Source of the DNA: Eledone cirrhosa
Taxonomy: Eukaryota
Length of the DNA: 64,000 nucleotides
NCBI GenBank assembly: GCA_964016885.1
Contig: OZ024743.1
Coordinates: 297,538,001-297,602,000, forward strand
Direction of reading: 5' to 3'
A program made the translations under genes and the position numbers. Each line of letters begins with the position of its first letter. Position 1 is the first letter of the stretch. Positions 41,836 through 55,902 of the stretch are shown in pieces. The notes under the pieces were generated by a model that was given only the letters and a program-made list of their open reading frames with translations, was not told where the DNA came from and made no database searches.

Positions 41836-42445
41836 GACTGAACGCCTATTCAAGATAATGTTATCTTAAATTATATAAACAATTTCAAAAATTTTCGTCA
41901 GCAGTACATAAAATGCTTTTCTATTTGCTCCTTATTATATTTTGTTCAAATCACTATCAGTAGATTCTCTCTGTGGAACTTTGGTGCGAACAATAATCGG
42001 TTGTTCTGCCGATATATAGAGAATTAATTCTTATTTACTTCCTTTGTAAATTTCTTGCGTTGTCTAAATTTAAACTCCGATAACAAAAAACAGAAGATAA
42101 ATTATTTTTGTTAATACATTGTTAGTTTTTCCTCTTAAAACACCCACACTGTGGTTTGAATAAGCATTATTTGATTAATTCAGATAGTTTTCTTATGGCA
42201 CACTGCTTGAGCTGCAACCAGATAAACGATTTGTTTATTGTTTTTGTTTTAACAAATGAGTCAGTTTCACGTACTTCTCTCCATTTACAAAATCTTCCTC
42301 AGATAGAGCAAGGATCGGCCTATGACTTCACATGATAAGTCACCATCTTAGACTAAACACAAGCACAGTTATAAATCTTCTTTCAATCTCTCCCTTTCCT
42401 TCTCTATCTCCCACTATCTCTCACCTCATTTCTCTTCCCGCCTCT

Positions 42446-42501
<56 letters not shown>

Positions 42502-42546
42502 CGAAACATAAGTCAATTGCATGACCTCATAATCCTTTATTTACTG

Positions 42547-42673
<127 letters not shown>

Positions 42674-42719
42674 TAGATAGATAGATAGATGTAATCTGAG
42701 TTTTTTGAATATTAATAAT

Positions 42720-42873
42720 TGTTTCTACTTTTTGCACAAGGCCAGCAATTATCGATCCCGTAAGGATGAAAGGCAAAGTTAACCTCGGCGGGATTTGAAC
42801 TCAGAATGGCAAGGGCCGTAACTATATGCGTCAAAGCATGGCGCCCGACCCTCTACCGATACTGCCAATCCAC
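42720..42873 (-). mobile_element. tRNA-derived SINE with TAATAAT target-site duplication
   Basis: Contains GGATGAAAGGCAAAGTTAACCTCGGCGGGATTTGAACTC (B-box GTTCAAATC on the minus strand). TAATAAT lies at 42713-42719 and 42874-42880. Confidence 0.8.
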
Positions 42874-42976
42874 TAATAATAATATTCGATTCGTTTGCAA
42901 TTATGCAAACAGCCTCTTTTAAGCCATGTCAGTAGAATGAGCCCCTCATTCTTGCTCTTGAGTTGGCATGTAAACA

Positions 42977-43026
42977 GAACTGCAGACACTAATGTTTCTG
43001 GGTATTACCCTTCATCAGTACAGCTC
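42977..43026 (-). ncRNA. Type I hammerhead ribozyme (family B), intact core
   Basis: Minus strand: gagctgta CTGATGA a-gggt-aat-accc-a GAAA cattagtg TC tgcagttc. Confidence 0.8.
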
Positions 43027-43573
43027 ACTGTTCAGTTCCCAACTGTCAGAGCTAGTGAAAATATATATTTTCTAAAATATACAGTTACTGATCAGCCTGA
43101 TTTGCATATTATCAGACTGGCTGATCAGTCAGATCCGCTGATCAGCTAGATTTGCATATCAGCAGACTGGCCAGTCAATTTCATGTATAGAAGCGATTAA
43201 TGGCCGGCTTTGCCATATTCAAATAAAAAAAACAACTTTTCATTCTAATGACATGGCTTAAAAGAGGCTGTTTACACAATTGCAAACGAATTGAATATTA
43301 TTATTATTATTCGAAAAACTAAGATTACATCTATTGTATTCAGCCATGTTGAGCGATAATTATTTATTTATTTATTTGAATATGGCAAAGCCGGCCAGTA
43401 ATAGCTCCTATAAGGAAATTGATTGACCTATCTGCTGATATGCAAATCTGGCTGATCAGTGGATCTGCTAATATGCAGATCTGATGATCAGCCAGTCTGC
43501 TAATATGCAAATCAGGCCGATCAGTCACTGTATATTTTAGAAAATATATATTTTCTCTAGCTCTGTGAACAGT

Positions 43574-43623
43574 GAACTGTACTGATGAAGGGTAATACCC
43601 AGAAACATTAGTGTCTGCAGTTC
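43574..43623 (+). ncRNA. Type I hammerhead ribozyme (family B), intact core
   Basis: gaactgta CTGATGA a-gggt-aat-accc-a GAAA cattagtg TC tgcagttc. Stem I is 8 bp, the cleavage triplet is GUC, and stem III is quasi-palindromic. Confidence 0.85.
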
Positions 43624-43716
43624 TGTTTACATGCAAGAGCAACAATGTGGGGCTCATTATATATATTTATATATATAATGTTTATACACACACACAATAT
43701 ATATGTATATATTTAT

Positions 43717-43783
<67 letters not shown>

Positions 43784-43786
<3 letters not shown>

Positions 43787-43960
43787 GAGGATCGGTTGAA
43801 AAGTTCATAGGCTGACCAAGATACTCTCATGAAATAACCAAATGAGGTTTATTTGTCAACATAGACCCTGCAAAGAAAAGTTGAAATTAATATATGCAAA
43901 ATTTCACAGCGCTAGCATCATTTCATATACAGCCTATTAACTTTTCAGCTGACCCTCGTA
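43784..43960. mobile_element. Mariner-type MITE
   Basis: Termini CGAGGATCGGTTGAAAAGTT and AACTTTTCAGCTGACCCTCG-TA. Related to 61221-61421. Confidence 0.75.
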
Positions 43961-44492
43961 TATACGAAATTGTTTGTCATGGTTTAGCTTATCATCATTA
44001 TCATAAGCCATACTCTAACAACACCTCGGCAACCATATTCTTCAGTGGACGTAGTATGACTGAATGGTAGGGTTGGAAGCCACAGCAGGGATTTGGGGCA
44101 AGTATTGTTTACCATAGCCTTTGATCTATACACACCTTATGAATACAATTGGGTAGAGGGAAACTGTTTAGAAGCCCATCGGCATGACTGCACCTTTAAT
44201 TCATGGTGTTTCATGGAATCTTCATGAAATTTATGTTAAAGGTACACATGTCAGAGAATTTCTCAACCACTTACACGTTAATTTCGCGTGTAGACCGTTT
44301 CTTTGATCAAGAAACTGGAACACTCATCTTCGAAATCAACTGAGATCCATTTAATTTTTTCTGCTACCAAAGAGTGAAAGTGTGAGGGAGTAAAAGGATT
44401 CTGTAAGTTGTCTCACAACGCACTACTGCGTATATATTTATGTGCGTGAGTGTGCATATATATTTGTGACAGAAGGAGAGGGAAATAGTGTT

Positions 44493-44660
44493 TGGAATCG
44501 ACCTTAATACTTGACTTGTACTTTATTTTATCGACCATCGACCCTAGCAAGATTGATATTAGTACAATTTAACCATGACAGAATTTGAACTGAGGGCGCC
44601 AAGACCCAGAACAATTACTATAAGACATTTGTCCGACACCCTAACAGTTCTGCCAACCAA
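44493..44660 (-). mobile_element. Degenerate SINE copy
   Basis: ATCGACC..TACTTGACT.GTACTTTATTTTATCGACC..GAATTTGAACT matches the SINE family. Confidence 0.55.
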
Positions 44661-45763
44661 TCGACTGTCCTATATTTCAACTATGTGTAAATAATTTGAT
44701 AGAATACTTCAGTCCTGTTCGTGGATTGTGTGTATCATAATTATGTATCATGTTGAATAACCTAACTAGGGAGCTATTGTATTATTTTTAGTATTACTGC
44801 AATAAGAGACAATTAAGAAAAAATAAACTATATCCAAGATAAACTAATCTTCACAGACAAACCGTCTGTTTAGCTTGATATGCGGTCACATATTTACGAT
44901 GATGATATTAAGGTATACTGAAGACAACATACAGTTTTTACGATACGATTCATTCTGTTGTAGTAAGCTGGCGATAAGAAAAAAGAGAAAAGGGGAAGAG
45001 GCATGAAGAGAGATAGAGTGAGAGAAAACAAGGAATGATGAGTGTTTACGGTGTCAACACAATTGTTGTTTAAGAAAGAAGAAAATCAAAATGGCAGTTT
45101 TTTTTTTAGTTTTTTTTTTTATTAATTATAAGTCGGTTAGGAAATAATTTCTGGAGATTTTGAAATATGAATACGATTTGCAAGAGTTACCAAGAACTAT
45201 GAGGTATTTGAATAAAATAGTAAATAATCTGTTAAAAATTACCTTATCTCCAGCCTCTCCCCATTTGCTGCAATTATTTTCAGATAGGACTTTTTGTGAT
45301 CGGCGTGAAGATTGGAGGAATGATGTAAATATAGGTGGAGTTGTTATAATGTTGCTTGTTATTACATGAGATATAAACTATACTATTTTTAGGAAAGATC
45401 ATTGGTACTCATCTATCTATATTACAAGAGGAATTATTTGTTTTCACCATAGACCATGTAAATTTTTTATAAAGCCCACCTTCCACACACTTAAAAAATG
45501 GAGCACATAATTAAATTCAGTAACGTTAAGCAACTGAGAAATAAATAAATTCCTTTTCTAAATATGATACCACACTAAGTTGCTCATACACACGGAGTTA
45601 CGTAAGGCGTCTAACACAGAGTTTCCCAAACTTTTAACATTGGCAATACACTTGTAAAATCTAAAACTTTTCTTGACGCATTAAGTTTTGTTACCGACGT
45701 GAAATTAAGAAGATAAATAAATATACAAATATATTATGACGTATCACTAGTCAGCTGTCTAAA

Positions 45764-45764
<1 letters not shown>

Positions 45765-45794
<30 letters not shown>

Positions 45795-46470
45795 CTTGGG
45801 AGTGATGTAGGTGTAGAGTCCTCAAACACTTCTTCCAGCGGGTCCTGTCAGAAGCAACCGTCTCCAATTGATCCGGCTGGATTCCCAAGAGAGACTAGCC
45901 GAGCCCATGGATGGTATCCAACCATCTTGCTCGGTGTCTAACCCTGGTTTACCCGTAAAATCTGTACAGCGATTCTTTCCTGAGACATTCTAACCACATC
46001 CCCATGATATCGGAGCTGTGATTTCTCAATTTGGCGAGGTAACGGCTCTAACTAGAACGACTTTTTCATCTCCAAGCTACACACTCAATCGAGTAACGTT
46101 ACCCCAAAGACTCTTCGGAGGAGCCCTATTTCGGCCGCTTGTATTCACGATCTTATTCTTTAGGTCATTACCCAAGATTCATGACCATGATGTAAGGGTT
46201 GGTACGAATGCCGAATTGAAGATAACGAGTTTAGCTTTTACAGCTACATCCCTTCTGATGGCCAAATACTGAAGTTAGCGCATTGCTGTACCAGCTCCTG
46301 CAATTTTTTCAATTAATTCTGCCTCCTGCTTTAAACACGATCCTGAGATTGTTGGATTTCTTCACCTATTTAAGTGAAACCCCACTCACATGTAGAGTGC
46401 ACTGAACAGGATACTTTGAGAGGACGAATATCTCATTCTTCGCAGCACTGAATTTCATTCCTGTCGTGCA
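45765..46470 (-). mobile_element. RTE-clade LINE 3' fragment with (GAA)n tail, degraded
   Basis: Minus-strand peptides KLVIFNSAFVPTL..HESWVMT, LLRRVFGVTLLD, QLRYHGDVVRM, RWLD and ASDRTRWK. (CTT)n at 45765-45797. Confidence 0.8.
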
Positions 46471-46904
46471 GCAAAATATATACTTAACAGTCAAATATTG
46501 ATAAAAAGCTGATATGATTTAACTTATAGATTATCAGTGACACACTATAAGGTCACAACCCACCTAGAGATTATTGCAATGGCCGAGTAGCCCTGCCTAT
46601 ACACTCAAACACATATATACGCCCACATACACGAAAAGAAACATGTTTATATATATATACCCATCATCTCCCAAATCACAACAAACACCGTATTTTTTAT
46701 GAATCGCCAGTCTGACGAGTAGATCGATAATGGAGATGGATCTTCTATGGGTGACATTGAGCCAATCCTCTGCGAAACGTGCGTAACAGGTCGATACATA
46801 CTAGAAAACTAACTACATGTAAAAGAAACTTCATTGTTTTTCTTAATATATACATACATACATACATACATACATACATACATACATACATACATACATA
46901 CATA

Positions 46905-47447
46905 CAGGGAGAAGAAAACATGCACAGTAGTGGAAATTAGCTGTCCAGCAGATGCCAATATAATATCAAAGATTAGTGAAAAGGAGAATATTTATGCAGA
47001 ACTGATGAGAAATCTGCAGATACACCACCCTGATTACACCTTCAGATTTATGCCTGTGATTATTGGGGCACTGGGATATGTTAGTAACTGCCTCAATACA
47101 AATCTTGAGAAGCTAGGCTTCACAGGAACAGAAAGAACACTAGTTAGGAAATTACAAGTACAATCCATTAATGGAACAGTAAAAATATGTAAAACATTCC
47201 AAAAATTTTGCATCTAATAACTGCATATACACATGTACAGATACAAAGCATATACACATGCACACATACAACTCAAAACATCCACATCCACACATACAAT
47301 AACATCCATATCTACACATGCATGCATACATACATATCTACCTAGTTGATGTTGTGTAAATTCCAATGAGAGAGTCTTGTGTCTATGTTAGAAACCGACT
47401 CTCTCTCCCTATTGGTAAAACTTTGTGAAATTATAAAACCAGAAGAA
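46905..47447 (+). mobile_element. R4/NeSL-type (restriction-like endonuclease) LINE 3' end inserted in (TACA)n
   Basis: REKKTCTVVEISCPAD..EKENIYAEL..PVIIGALG to a stop at 47217, then a 3' UTR. (TACA)n lies on both sides (46850-46906 and 47448-47470). Confidence 0.8.
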
Positions 47448-47538
47448 CATACATACATACATACATACATGATGGCTGCCCCCTCGTTATCGAGTATGGC
47501 CATTGCACGAGAAAAAAAAAATAATAATAATAATAATA

Positions 47539-48507
47539 AAAGCAAAGCAGGTAAAAGTAACTGCAAAGAAAGAACTGCTACAGAAACTGGCTAAGAAATG
47601 GCAAGAAAAGCCTCTGTATGGAAAATACCCAGAGCGAGCTAACAATCCTGATGTTGACAAAACTTTAACCCATCAGTAGTTGGCATCCTCTGGACTGAAA
47701 TCGGAGACTGAAGGACTGATTATATCAGCACAAGATCAGTGTCTGCCAACAAAAAATTACCAAGCCAACATAATAAAAAATGGATGCAGCCCATTATGCC
47801 GTGTATGCAAAAAACAACCAGAGACCATTGACCATATAATTTCAATGTGCAGTCCTATAGCTCCAACCGAATACCTAAACAGGCATGACAGAGCTGCACA
47901 ATACATACATTGGATAATGTGTAAGCATTTTGACCTGCCCCACCAAAAGAATTGGTGGGAGCATCAACCACCTCCCATACTTGAAAAAGATCACATCTCA
48001 ATCTTGTGGAACTTTAACATCCAAACAGACCGAAAAATAGATGCAAATAGACCTGATATGATATTGAAAGACTTTAAAAAGAGGGTATGCCTGCTAATTG
48101 ATATTTCTGTTCCAATAGACAAGAATGTATCTATAAAAACATTTGAAAAATTGAGCAAGTATAAGGACCTGGAGATAGAAATTGGAAAAAATGTGGAAAT
48201 TGAGAACTAAAACAATACCAGTGGTTGTAGGCGCTCTGGGAATGATACCTAAGGGGTCTAATGATTACTTATCGCAGATCCCAGGAAACCCGCGTATAAG
48301 AGAAATACAAAGGATAGTACTAATGGGAACTGCCCATATACTAAGGAAGATTCTGTCAATATAAGTACATCACAAGTCTAAACACTAAAGATGCATGTGT
48401 GAGTATGTATGTTCTTCCTTGAACATGGCGGACCTTGTTGTCTCTTGAGGTCACTGGTTGTGACTTGGTGATAACTCGTATGAACATAAAGCAAGATAAA
48501 TGCAACT

Positions 48508-48508
<1 letters not shown>
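47539..48508 (+). mobile_element. R4/Dong-like LINE, 5'-truncated copy 1, flanked by (TAA)n
   Basis: Near-identical to 49276-50240. Has the CRVC..H..C zinc knuckle and RPD..D..K endonuclease, a TAG nonsense at 47677 and a +1 A frameshift near 48190. Confidence 0.92.
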
Positions 48509-48581
<73 letters not shown>

Positions 48582-48583
<2 letters not shown>

Positions 48584-50240
48584 TGAACAATTGCAAGGGC
48601 TATTATCCACTGTGAAGCAGTTCAGTGATGACATTAAAATGGAGTTTGGACTGGATAAATGCGCCAAAGCAACGTTCACCAGAGGAAAGCTGCTGAAGAG
48701 TTCAGACATTAATCTTGATCGGGGGAACGTGATAAGAGAGCTTGATCAAGAAAAAACTTACAAATATCTAGGTGTTTGTGAATGAGACGGAATCAAGCAC
48801 TCGACAATGAGGGAAAGGATAAGGAAGGAATGTTACCGCAGAGTCAGAGCAATCTTAAGAACGGAATTGAATGCAAGGAATAGGATCGATGCCATAAACA
48901 CGCTTGCCATACCAGTAGTAACCTACAGTTACAATGTCATCAACTGGTCAAGCACAGAAATCCGTAGGCTCGATACAAAAATCCGAAAATTCTTAACCAT
49001 GCACAGAATGCATCACCCTAAGGCAGACATAGATAGAATATATCTCCCTAGGAAAGAAGGAGGACGTGGGTTAATCCAGTTAGACATTGCGTTGAAAACT
49101 GCAACAATTGGATTATCCACATATCTAAGGGAATCACATGATTGGATGATCAAACTCGTTTTGAAACACGAAAGCACCAAAAGATCATATTCCATTACAA
49201 AAGATGCACAAAGATACAGTAATGGACTACAAGTTTCAGAAGTCCCATTTACTGCTGAAATGGAAAACACAGAAAAAGCAAAGCAGGTAAAAGTAACTGC
49301 AAAGAAAGAACTGCTACAGAAACTGGCTAAGAAATGGCAAGAAAAGCCTCTGTATGGAAAATACCCAGAGCGAGCTAACAATCCTGATGTTGACAAAACT
49401 TTAACCCATCAGTGGTTGGCATCCTCTGGACTGAAATCGGAGACTGAAGGACTGATTATATCGGCACAAGATCAGTGTCTGCCAACAAAAAATTACCAAG
49501 CCAACATAATAAAAAATGGGTGCAGCCCATTATGCCGTGTATGCAAAAAACAACCAGAGACCATTGACCATATAATTTCAATGTGCAGTCCTATAGCTCC
49601 AACCGAATACCTAAACAGGCATGACAGAGCTGCACAATACATACATTGGATAATGTGTAAGCATTTTGACCTGCCCCATCAAAAGAATTGGTGGGAGCAT
49701 CAACCACCTCCCATACTTGAAAAAGATCACATCTCAATCTTGTGGAACTTTAGCATCCAAACAGACCGAAAAATAGATGCAAATAGACCTGATATAATAT
49801 TGAAGGACTTTCAAAGGAGGGTATGCCTGCTAATTGATATGTCTGTTCCAATAGACAAGAATGTATCTATAAAAACATTTGAAAAATTGAGCAAGTATAA
49901 GGACCTGGAGATAGAAATTGGAAAAATGTGGAAATTGAGAACTAAAACAATACCAGTGGTTGTAGGCGCTCTGGGAATGATACCTAAGGGGTCTAACGAC
50001 TACTTATCGCAAATCCCAGGAAACCCGCGTATAGGAGAAATACAAAAGATAGTACTAATGAGAACTGCCCATATACTAAGGAAGATCCTGTCAATATAAG
50101 TACATCACAAGTCTAAACACTAAGGATGCATGTGTGAATATGTATGTTCTTTCTTGAACATGGCGGACCTTGTTGTCTCTTGAGGTCACTGGTTGTGACT
50201 TGGTGATAATTCGTATAAACATAAAGCAAGATAAATGCAA
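48582..50240 (+). mobile_element. R4/Dong-like LINE, 5'-truncated copy 2 (RT C-terminus, zinc knuckle, RLE), flanked by (TAA)n
   Basis: FSDDIKMEFGLDKC..YKYLG, a single in-frame TGA at 48783, then a 430-aa ORF (48807-50099) with YLPRKEGGRGL, CRVC, ANRPDI and EKLSKYKDL. (TAA)n at 48509-48581 and 50240-50258. Confidence 0.95.
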
Positions 50241-50306
50241 ATAATAATAATAATAATAAATAAATAAAAATAAAAGAAAAATTAAAAAAAAAATTTTTTA
50301 AAAGAA

Positions 50307-50343
<37 letters not shown>

Positions 50344-50440
50344 TACACATACACACACACACACGCACACACACACACACACACTCACACACACATATAC
50401 ACACACACATACATTAATAACAATAATAATAATAATAATA

Positions 50441-53400
50441 ATGTTTTCTTTATTAACCACAAGGGTTTACATAAAGTAGACATTAAGGACAGTACAGGAC
50501 AATACAGGACGGTACAAATGGGCATTTCTGCGTGTAAAAAAAACAGAGGATGAAATAAAATAACAAAGAAAAATTCCCCAATAGGGGGGAGACTTCCGAG
50601 GGACATTTGTGGAGGAAGCCCATTAAAAGACCACAGTGGCCCTGACCACCAGGGCAAGTGCCCTCTCCCAGTTTTCCACCTTTAATTTACAGACACATAC
50701 TCAGAGAAGGCCCATTCATTCGGGCCATACTTGCTTCTCTCACCCATCTTTCAACAAAATGCTGGGAAGAGAGCACTTCCCTCTCTACCCTGATTTTCCT
50801 TTTCAGATGAAATTTGAAAAAGTTAATCAGGGCATCACCGAAGAGGTAAGTGCTCGTCTTCAGCCCTTTCAAACGTATCCACCATACTATCTCTTTCGCC
50901 ATGGCCACCAGACAGATAAAAACTGCCTGCCCTTCCCGGCTAAAGGAAGAGGGCGGGGCAATCCTCACGATGGACTCAGCTGATAGCTGGATCCGTCCTA
51001 CACGTGACAGCAGGTGTTCGACATAAACCCACAAGTCAGCAATGCTCGGACACTGGACGAGTGCGTGCAGGACGGTTTCGTCGTCCTGTGCGCATCTCGG
51101 ACATGCCCGGCTCACGGCACCTCCATGCCTGTAAAGTTTATCCCGAACTGGCAAAGCACCCCGGTAGCACTGCCAGGCCAGGGATTTCTGGAAGTTGTCC
51201 ATAGGCCCCGGCCCGAAAGTCCTTCCGAAGAGATTGGCTAGTTGATTTTCGTCGACGCCTAGAGTTTCTCCAAGTACGTCGTCGCTCTTCCCCTCCACTA
51301 ATCCCCTATAGAACGCCAAGGTGGAGTTTCCACCGATCACATTGCCCGATTGGTCGAGGGCTGTGAGCGCCTGAAGACATTCCAGTCTCCAAGCGTTCCC
51401 TCTCGGTCTTCGCTTTACCCAGGACTGCAGCTCCGTCAAGGAGACGAGCTGGGGAAAAACGTGTCTAGCAAACGGCGACCACACCTGATCACCGTCGAGG
51501 AAGAGGTGGAGATGTCATAGCCTGAGCGCGTGTCTGCGCATCATCAGCCACGGCATGCCCAGCCCTCCACGTAGCGGGTGTTGACAGCAGATGGACCGCC
51601 TGACCATCGGAGCGCGTCCCTTCCACAAGAAGCGAAAGAGCAAACGCTCCAGCGCAGTCAGGCGGGGCTTAGGACAAGGTACGACGGTCAGGCGGTAGTA
51701 GATGACGGACGCGATGTACGCGTTAGCCACCTCCGCTCGACCTTTCAGGGATAGCTTCCTCTCGGCCCATTTCTGGGTGAGAGAAGCCACCCTGCTCGTC
51801 ACCTCGTCCCAGTTTTTGTCCGTCTGGAGGTCTGGACCAAACCAGACCCCTAGCAATTTAACCGGTCCGTCTGTCCAGCGCCCGACGACGCTGTTGGACG
51901 GCATGGACCTGCCTCTCCAGGTGCCGAGCTGCAGGCCCACTGACTTTTCCTGGTTGATCATTGCTCCTGTCACCGCTTCGTATTCTCTTAGTGTAGTGCC
52001 GATCGCCTCGATGTGTTTGGCGTTCGACACTACTACGGTGACATCGTCGGCATATGCTGACACGGATCTTCCGCATCCTAGTTCGCGCGGGATCCCCCTC
52101 AACGTCTCCAGTTTGTGCAGTAATGGCTCGAGAGTCAATACGTACAATAGGGACGAGAGGGGACATCCTTGGCGGACCGAGCGCATGATGTTGAACGGTT
52201 CCGAAAGGTGACCGTTCACTCTCACTACAGAGCAGATGTTGCTGTGCATGGCAGCGATCCAGCCTCTGAAGACGGGCCCAAAGCCAGCCGCCCTCAGGAC
52301 TGCCGCTAGGTAACGATGGTCGACCCTATCGAAGGCTTTCGACTGATCTAAATTGATCAAAGACCCACCCGTGCCAGGTTCCCTAGCTACCCTCTCTACG
52401 ATGTATCGCATGAGGTGGAGGTTGTCGTGGATGGATCTGTCGGGAATGGCGCATGTCTGTGCCTCTCCCACCAGACCACCAACGACAAGCGCCAACCTCT
52501 TTGCTAGCACCTTGGCCAAAATCTTGAACTCTGTGTTTAGCAGAGTTATGGGTCTAAAATTATCTATGTTATCCCCCTTGTTCGGATCCTTTCTCAGCAG
52601 CGCCACCGCTCCTCGGCTCACAGAGCTGGGAATTCTCCCGTTCTGTTGCCAGTTGCAGTAGACGTCCGCCAAGAGGCCTCCGAACAAGTTTGGCATTTGT
52701 ACGTAAAGTTCATAGGGCAGACCATCCAAACCAGGCGATTTACCCCTTGTGCAACTAGTCATTGCATCCCGTACTTCAGCGGCTGTTATCGGCTTTTCGC
52801 AACACTCCGCCTCAGTGGCCGAAAGCCGCGGCAGTCCGTCGAGGTAGACACTAAAGTCCATCCCTCGATCCGGCCCGCCACTGCCCCCGAACAGTTGAGC
52901 GAAGTGTCGCTGAAAAGCTTCACACATTTGCCCGGGATCAAGTAGCATGCGCCCGTCGTGGTCCACCAAAGACCGGATCGTGGCTTTGTTGCCACGACGC
53001 GCCTCCGCCACTCGGGCCCATTGAACGGCTTTCGTCCCCTCGTGTCTGAGAGCACGCACCCTAGCTCTGACAACGCAGCCTTCGTGCTTTGCATTGAAGA
53101 ATTGGTCAAGGGCCAATTTCGCCGCAAGTACGTCGGTCGCGATGCCTTTGCTAAGCGCTTCATCTAATTTTCTAACTAGTTCTCCCTCTGCTCTATTTTT
53201 CTCTATTGCTAAAGTCTTACTAAACCTAATGGACTCTATTCTAATTGCTCTTTTCAGAGCAAACCACCACTTGTTGTTGACGATGGCCCCCGTCAACGCC
53301 CGCTTAACTAGTTCGCTAATCCGGTCTCTGTAGGCCTTGCGCGCTGGTAAGGACGCGTTTAGCTTCCAGTAGCCGGGTCCTCGCCTATGAAGCCTATCTA

Positions 53401-53760
53401 AGTCAAGCACACAGATCACGAATTTGTGGTCCGTGTAGCTGACTATCTTGAATTGTGGACAGCCTATGCTAGACCTATCTATTTCCCTACAAAATACTCT
53501 ATCTAGATATGATCTGGATGACACTATGCGATTTGTCCAAGTCCACATTGGTACATTCGGGAAATCCATTCGGTACCTGTCAGACAGTTCAAAACGTCTG
53601 AGCAGGTTGGTGAGACTCTTGCACCCTCCTTCCCTATCCACTAATCCCACACAATCCCAGCGTGCATCTAAGATCCCGTTCCAGTCGCCCACTAACACCA
53701 CTCTCTGAGCGTCAGTAGCTATAACCCGAAAAGAAGAAAAGATCAACACCATCGGTAACT
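50441..53760 (-). mobile_element. Tx1-like L1-clade LINE, 5'-truncated within the APE domain
   Basis: 3' AATAAA and an (ATT)n tail near 50441-50455. ORF2 is listed separately. Confidence 0.92.
50687..53752 (-). pseudogene. LINE ORF2 (partial APE, RT, zf-RVT-type Cys motif) with one in-frame stop at 51515-51517
   Basis: Motifs GDWN, SYLDRVF, TDHK, KSPGLDG, FRPITLLN, LDQSKAFDRV, RQGCPLS, AYADD and CPRC..ETVLH..C. The 745-aa and 265-aa ORFs are in the same frame. Confidence 0.93.
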
Positions 53761-54042
53761 ACTGAGCCGCAGGTTTTATGTCGGAGTTAACCCAGTTTCC
53801 TGAGATGCCTTCTCCTAGAAGAATGCCCTGACAAGGGCTAGGGGTTCTTCACTCCCAGTGGTTTAACTGCGCGATCGGGCATCCAGCCCGATTATTTCTA
53901 TGTCCCCGCGCAAAAAAAAAAAAAAAAAAAAAATCACTTATTGACATTTATCCGTACGACATACACACACGCGCATACATATGCGTGCACACAGCAACAC
54001 TCATACATACAAACAAACACACACACGCTACTCTACTCACTT

Positions 54043-54122
<80 letters not shown>

Positions 54123-54239
54123 CCGTCATTACTGATACAAGATTACAAGATTATGTCAACTGTTGACTTTCAAGAGTTTGTATAGTTGAAGCCGATCGTA
54201 CTACAGTCCAGTATTATTATAATTGCTTTACAGCATAGA

Positions 54240-54345
54240 GTCACGGCCCTCCACGCCCCGAGCTCAAATCCCGCCGAGGTCAACCTTGCCTTTCATCCCC
54301 ACGGAGTCAACAAAAGAGAGTACCAGTGATGCGCTGGGCCAGTCG
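54240..54345 (+). mobile_element. tRNA-derived SINE fragment, sense orientation
   Basis: GAGCTCAAATCCCGCCGAGGTCAACCTTGCCTTTCATCC..GTACCAGT..CTGGG. Confidence 0.7.
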
Positions 54346-55145
54346 CTGGATCCGTGCCAAAAGCAGAAAAAGGTGATGGCGGCGGCGGTAGTGGTGGTGG
54401 TGGCAGTTGATGTTGTTGTTGTGTTGTGTGCGTGTGTGTGTGTGTTTTGTTATTTTGAGGGGGGGGGGTCCCTCTTTTTCTTTTTTTTATCTTTTGATTC
54501 CGCTGTTGTTGTTGTTGTTGTAAATGTTCATTTCAGTTCATTCTGAAGCTGTTGTTGCTGTAAACATTAGTGCCGGTGTTGTTGTTGTAGATGTTGGGGT
54601 TGAAATCTGGTCATTTGACTGAGTGATGTATATACACACATATACATACATATATATATATATACACATTCAACAGGGAGTAGAGAGTTTGACAACAAGT
54701 CGATGACTTTAGTCTAGATAGGGTAATGACATGTGATGGTGGGGAGAGAGTGTAGAAGTTATTGTGGTGGCGGGGGGACAGTGCGATGTATCTAGTTCAT
54801 TTGACCGTTTTCTTCTCTTTGCAAAATTTGAATTTTAGGCATGTTATATTGAGATGTAAATGTAAAATGTAAAATATAAATAAGGATTGCTCTGGTAAAA
54901 TATACTAAAATATTTGTGTAACTTCCACATACATACATACATACATACATACATACATACATACATACATACATACATACATACATACAAACATACATAC
55001 ATATATACATATATATATATTTATTATTTATATATTATTTATTTATTAAGACAACGATTATTTTTAAAACATTCAATAGACTTACAACGGTTTTACTTGA
55101 TTGACCAGAAATGAAAGACAGTTCATTCTTGTACACACATACAGA

Positions 55146-55880
<735 letters not shown>

Positions 55881-55902
55881 TATATATATATATATATATA
55901 TA

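Larger units (their letters stand above)
42688..43660. mobile_element. Family B copy (interrupted by a SINE) followed by an inverted, circularly permuted full unit
   Basis: 42688-43230 matches the 41.3-kb unit. 43241-43660 is its reverse complement, opened at AGAATG|AGCCCC. Confidence 0.85.

Noticed and set aside
45617-45760. Possible hAT/Charlie MITE starting CAGAGTTTCCCAAAC
   Set aside because: No matching second TIR or 8-bp TSD was found.
48783-48785. In-frame TGA as selenocysteine or programmed read-through (also 51515)
   Set aside because: There is no evidence that these are conserved Cys positions and no SECIS was seen. Nonsense mutation in truncated copies is simpler.
51004-53708. 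Plus-strand and alternative-frame ORFs over the LINE
   Set aside because: These are shadow ORFs of the GC-rich minus-strand ORF2.
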